NCBI GenBank assembly: GCA_013151015.1
Contig: JAADJA010000117.1
Coordinates: forward strand, 3,510 to 67,509
Source: Chlorobiota bacterium
Lineage (GTDB): Bacteria; Bacteroidota; Bacteroidia; Bacteroidales; JAADJA01
DNA: 64,000 nucleotides
Reading direction: 5' to 3'
The position numbers were made by a program, and so were the translations under genes. The notes below the pieces were generated by a model. It did not search any database, had not been told where the DNA came from, and saw only the letters and a program-made list of their open reading frames with translations. This document shows positions 61,327 through 64,000 of the stretch, in pieces (within the stretch, counting starts at the first letter, position 1; each line of letters starts with the position of its first letter).

Positions 61327-63023
61327 TTAAAAACTACTGAATACCGTTAACGTAAACCCACTGGCAGCGGGTACCGCCCGGCAAACCCCACCCACGCACA
61401 AGATACCTTCGCGTTGCAGGCCATAAGCCAATTGGATACGGTTGGGTCCTTGTGTATATCCCATGGCCACATTGTAATAATGGTAAGTATTGTCACTTTG
61501 GGGGTTGTTGAAATTAAATTCATCCCTAACGTTAAAAAACCATTTTGGTGCAATCGTGTATTCAAAAGAAGCGGCTAACCAATCCCCTGAATCCTGTCGT
61601 GTGGACAGGTACTGCATTTCAAGCCTTAAGGCATTTCTCCGGTTAAACTTATAGGTTATGTCTGCAACCCCGATGTTTGAATAATACATTTCATGGTCAT
61701 TCTCTATCCCTTCTTCAATTACATTGTAGTTATACAACAGATAGGTATATGCAAGGATCATTTTCCACTTTTTGTTCGCCTTCTTGGTTATCTCAATATT
61801 CAGGTCATCAAAGTATTTCAGGTTGCCAGCTCTAAAGAACCCGGAATTATAGCCAAGCGTACCTGTTGTCCCAATAGGAGTTGTATCGTTCAATGCTGTT
61901 TTGTGTATAGCCGTTGTTTTGGTATAATTCACTTCGATGGTAGTACCGTATTTTCCCCCCAATGCCGATTTCTTTGGAATGGTGTAAACGACCTGGCCGT
62001 TCACGGCAAATTCACCGTTGGGCTGCGTTGCATACGGGTACATGGCCTCAAGGCTGTATGTATGTACTTTTGTCAAAGGGGGAAGAAAGCTTATATCAAG
62101 TGCGTTCACCACATTGGTACGATCAGACTTATAGCTCATGTTATCGATCCATTTTGTGCCGAGGGTAATCCCCAGGCCTTTTTGGGAAAACGAACCGGAA
62201 AGGAATATGGCTTGCCCATCTTTGTATATAAAATTATTAATGGCCGAAGGGTCATTTATTTTATGGGCATATTCGCCCAAAAGGCTGAACTTGCTGACCG
62301 ATAAATTAAATCTTCCTGAAAATGCTGAAACATTTTCTGGCAATTTGTAAGGATAAAATGGATCGTCTTTTTGGTATTTGCTGACAAATGAACCACCAAG
62401 TATGATTTTTGCCTTTTTATTAGCGAGGGAAGGCACCATATCGTTCAGGAAAAACTCTGCATCGGCACCTCTCACGATCCCACGGTTTCCATCCTTGTAT
62501 TTTTCCCAAAAATTTCTTTGGACACCATAAATCCCCTTAAAAGCAATACCTTTTGAAGGATTGAATTTCACCCTGATACCGTCCACGGAATTGTCGTAAC
62601 CCAAAGTCCATTCTTCATAAGTCCGGAAAACAAGGCCATTTCCAAACTGCTCATAAAAATTACCAAGGGTAATCTCGAACTTCTCTTTTTTATAGGAAAC
62701 AAAACGGTATGGGATACCTGTTCCCTCGTATTGTTTATCAAATCCCCAAATCCCACCAAAGGTTTCAGATAGGATTCGAACCGGACGCCCGCCGTAAAAT
62801 CCTTGTTGGTATAAATGATGCTCCCAAAACCGTTCATCCCCACTTTTTCCCCATTGATATCATCTTCCGTTATCCCAATCCTGGAATTGGGCTCATAGGT
62901 CTGGACATCCATTTGGAAACTTCCCCTGACCTGCCCACCAAAACTTTGCGCATAGGAAGATGAAGGGAACAAAAGGAGAAGGGCAAATACTATAGCAAAG
63001 CTAAATCGTGTAAATATTTTCAA
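61327..63023 (-). pseudogene. DUF6029-like outer-membrane protein, interrupted by a single frameshift (or an assembly error)
   Basis: ORFs 62568-63023 and 61327-62604 belong to one gene. Frame A reads ..AGVRFESYLKPLVGFG. Frame B continues FDKQYEGTGIPYRFVSYKKEKFEITLGNFYEQFGNGLVFRTYEEWTLGYDNSVDGIRVKF. The likely shift is at the C4 run at 62744-62747. Confidence 0.6.
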
Positions 63024-63068
63024 TGCCGATATCTTTTAAGGTTTTCTAATCCGAACGACTTCCCAAGG

Positions 63069-63602
63069 CTATTCGTGTGCTTCCACATCTTTGCCTTCCT
63101 TTACCTTTGTGACAACATCAATAAGGTCGAGTTCGGAACCTTCGGAAAAAGAGGTATGCTGCCAAACAATTTCACCATCCCCGTTTATCACAAAAGTATG
63201 AGGGATAAGGTTAACGTTCATCGCCCTTTTAAAATCGCCATTGGCATCCAGCAAAACTTCATAATCCCATCCTTTGCCATTCACGAGCGGCATTACCTTG
63301 GACGAGGCCCTTGCATCGTCAATGGAAACCGCAATTAGTTTCACGTCCGTATCTTCCACCCATTCATCATAAACATCAGAAATGGTTGTCAACTCTTTGA
63401 TGCACGGCTTGCACCAGGTAGCCCAAAAACTAATGATTATGGGGTTCCCGTCATTTGAGATATCTGCGGTGTTAAATGTTTCCCCGGTAGGGGTCTTTAC
63501 CGAAACAGAAGGGATTTTCCCCAAGGTTTTCTGTTTTTCTACCTGCGAATATCCTGCGGTAAACAAAAAAACCATGATTGCAATGGCTGTTAATTTTTTC
63601 AT
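63069..63602 (-). CDS. TlpA-family thiol:disulfide oxidoreductase (redoxin)
   Basis: I trimmed the ORF to MKKLTAIAIMVFLFTAGYSQ (ATG at 63602). It has the FWATWCKPC active site. Confidence 0.85.
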   Translation of the reverse strand: MKKLTAIAIMVFLFTAGYSQVEKQKTLGKIPSVSVKTPTGETFNTADISNDGNPIIISFWATWCKPCIKELTTISDVYDEWVEDTDVKLIAVSIDDARASSKVMPLVNGKGWDYEVLLDANGDFKRAMNVNLIPHTFVINGDGEIVWQHTSFSEGSELDLIDVVTKVKEGKDVEAHE

Positions 63603-63737
63603 TCGATTTTTTTTGATGGTTTTAAAAATCAGCAAAAAACGATATCGTTTCCATACTGTTGTACTTGTTCATAAACTTTTGGAAAGACAAATGCCCTAAA
63701 AAAAAGGTTGTCCGAAAAACGGGCAAATAAGAAAAAA

Positions 63738-64000
63738 CTATTCCATAATCATATACACCTCAAGAATAGTGGTTTTGGACTTGGGGAAAATCCCGATACT
63801 TCCCGCTATTGCAGGGATTAATATAGATTCGCCCACCATCACTTCCAACTGCTCATCTTCATAGGTAAGTTTAAATGCCCCCTCGGTGCATACATAAACC
63901 ACAAAGGAATCCAATTCGGAATAATCTTTACTTATGGGTTGATCAAGTTGTAAAATATTAGTGATAAAATAAGGGCTTTCGACAAGTTTATTGGTTTGGT
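63738..64000 (-). CDS. C-terminal part of a class I mannose-6-phosphate isomerase-like cupin (N-terminus outside the window)
   Basis: My translation of the minus strand reads ..SPYFITNILQLDQPISKDYSELDSFVVYVCTEGAFKLTYEDEQLEVMVGESILIPAIAGSIGIFPKSKTTILEVYMIME*. The GESxLIPA motif recalls ManA. It is not in the ORF track because there is no start in the window. Confidence 0.55.
   Translation of the reverse strand, partial: QTNKLVESPYFITNILQLDQPISKDYSELDSFVVYVCTEGAFKLTYEDEQLEVMVGESILIPAIAGSIGIFPKSKTTILEVYMIME

Noticed and set aside
1-64000. tRNA, rRNA, tmRNA, riboswitch or prophage/integrase content.
   Set aside because: Reading the intergenic regions by eye, I found no cloverleaf-like T-arm/anticodon arrangements, no rRNA-like conserved blocks, no riboswitch cores that I recognise, and no integrase, recombinase or phage structural genes. 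A covariance-model scan (tRNAscan-SE, Infernal/Rfam) would be needed to exclude small RNAs rigorously.

Overview
This is a 64-kb chromosomal segment that looks like Bacteroidota. Evidence: type IX secretion C-terminal sorting domains, an ECF sigma/FecR/TonB-receptor/DUF4249 module, a FISUMP-domain protein, and TAnnTTTG -7 promoter boxes. Coding density is high and most genes are housekeeping: radA, mutS2, panC, panD, xth, thioredoxins, an acyl-CoA carboxyltransferase with a biotin carrier, a ClC channel, a LolE-like permease and a GH2 beta-mannosidase. I found no tRNA, rRNA or CRISPR array. The notable content is as follows. (1) A non-canonical Rieske/cytochrome b module: a b6-like cytochrome b of about 7 TM is fused to a c-type cytochrome domain of about 12 haems. 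It sits next to a Crp/Fnr regulator and a sulfide:quinone-reductase-like/DUF1641/TusE/DsrE sulfur cluster. (2) A decayed REP-associated tyrosine transposase (RAYT) lies between the Rieske and cytochrome b genes and is split by a tandem amplification of one arm of its own internal hairpin. The same design, amplified arm followed by a complete hairpin, recurs at two other loci, and several unrelated hairpin families fill the intergenic regions. (3) A DUF134/DUF5320/Gly-Cys mini-protein/NifX-like operon is preceded by an array of about 11 copies of a 15-16 bp motif. (4) A DUF4143 ATPase cassette is bracketed by repeats and has a perfect palindrome over its start region. (5) A 14-nt motif occurs exactly three times, always upstream of a gene and in the same orientation. 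(6) There are several uncharacterised proteins: a 608-aa putative TIM-barrel enzyme, a minimal RNA ligase and a PD-(D/E)XK protein with heptad repeats. All family assignments come from motif recognition by eye and memory; no searches were run.
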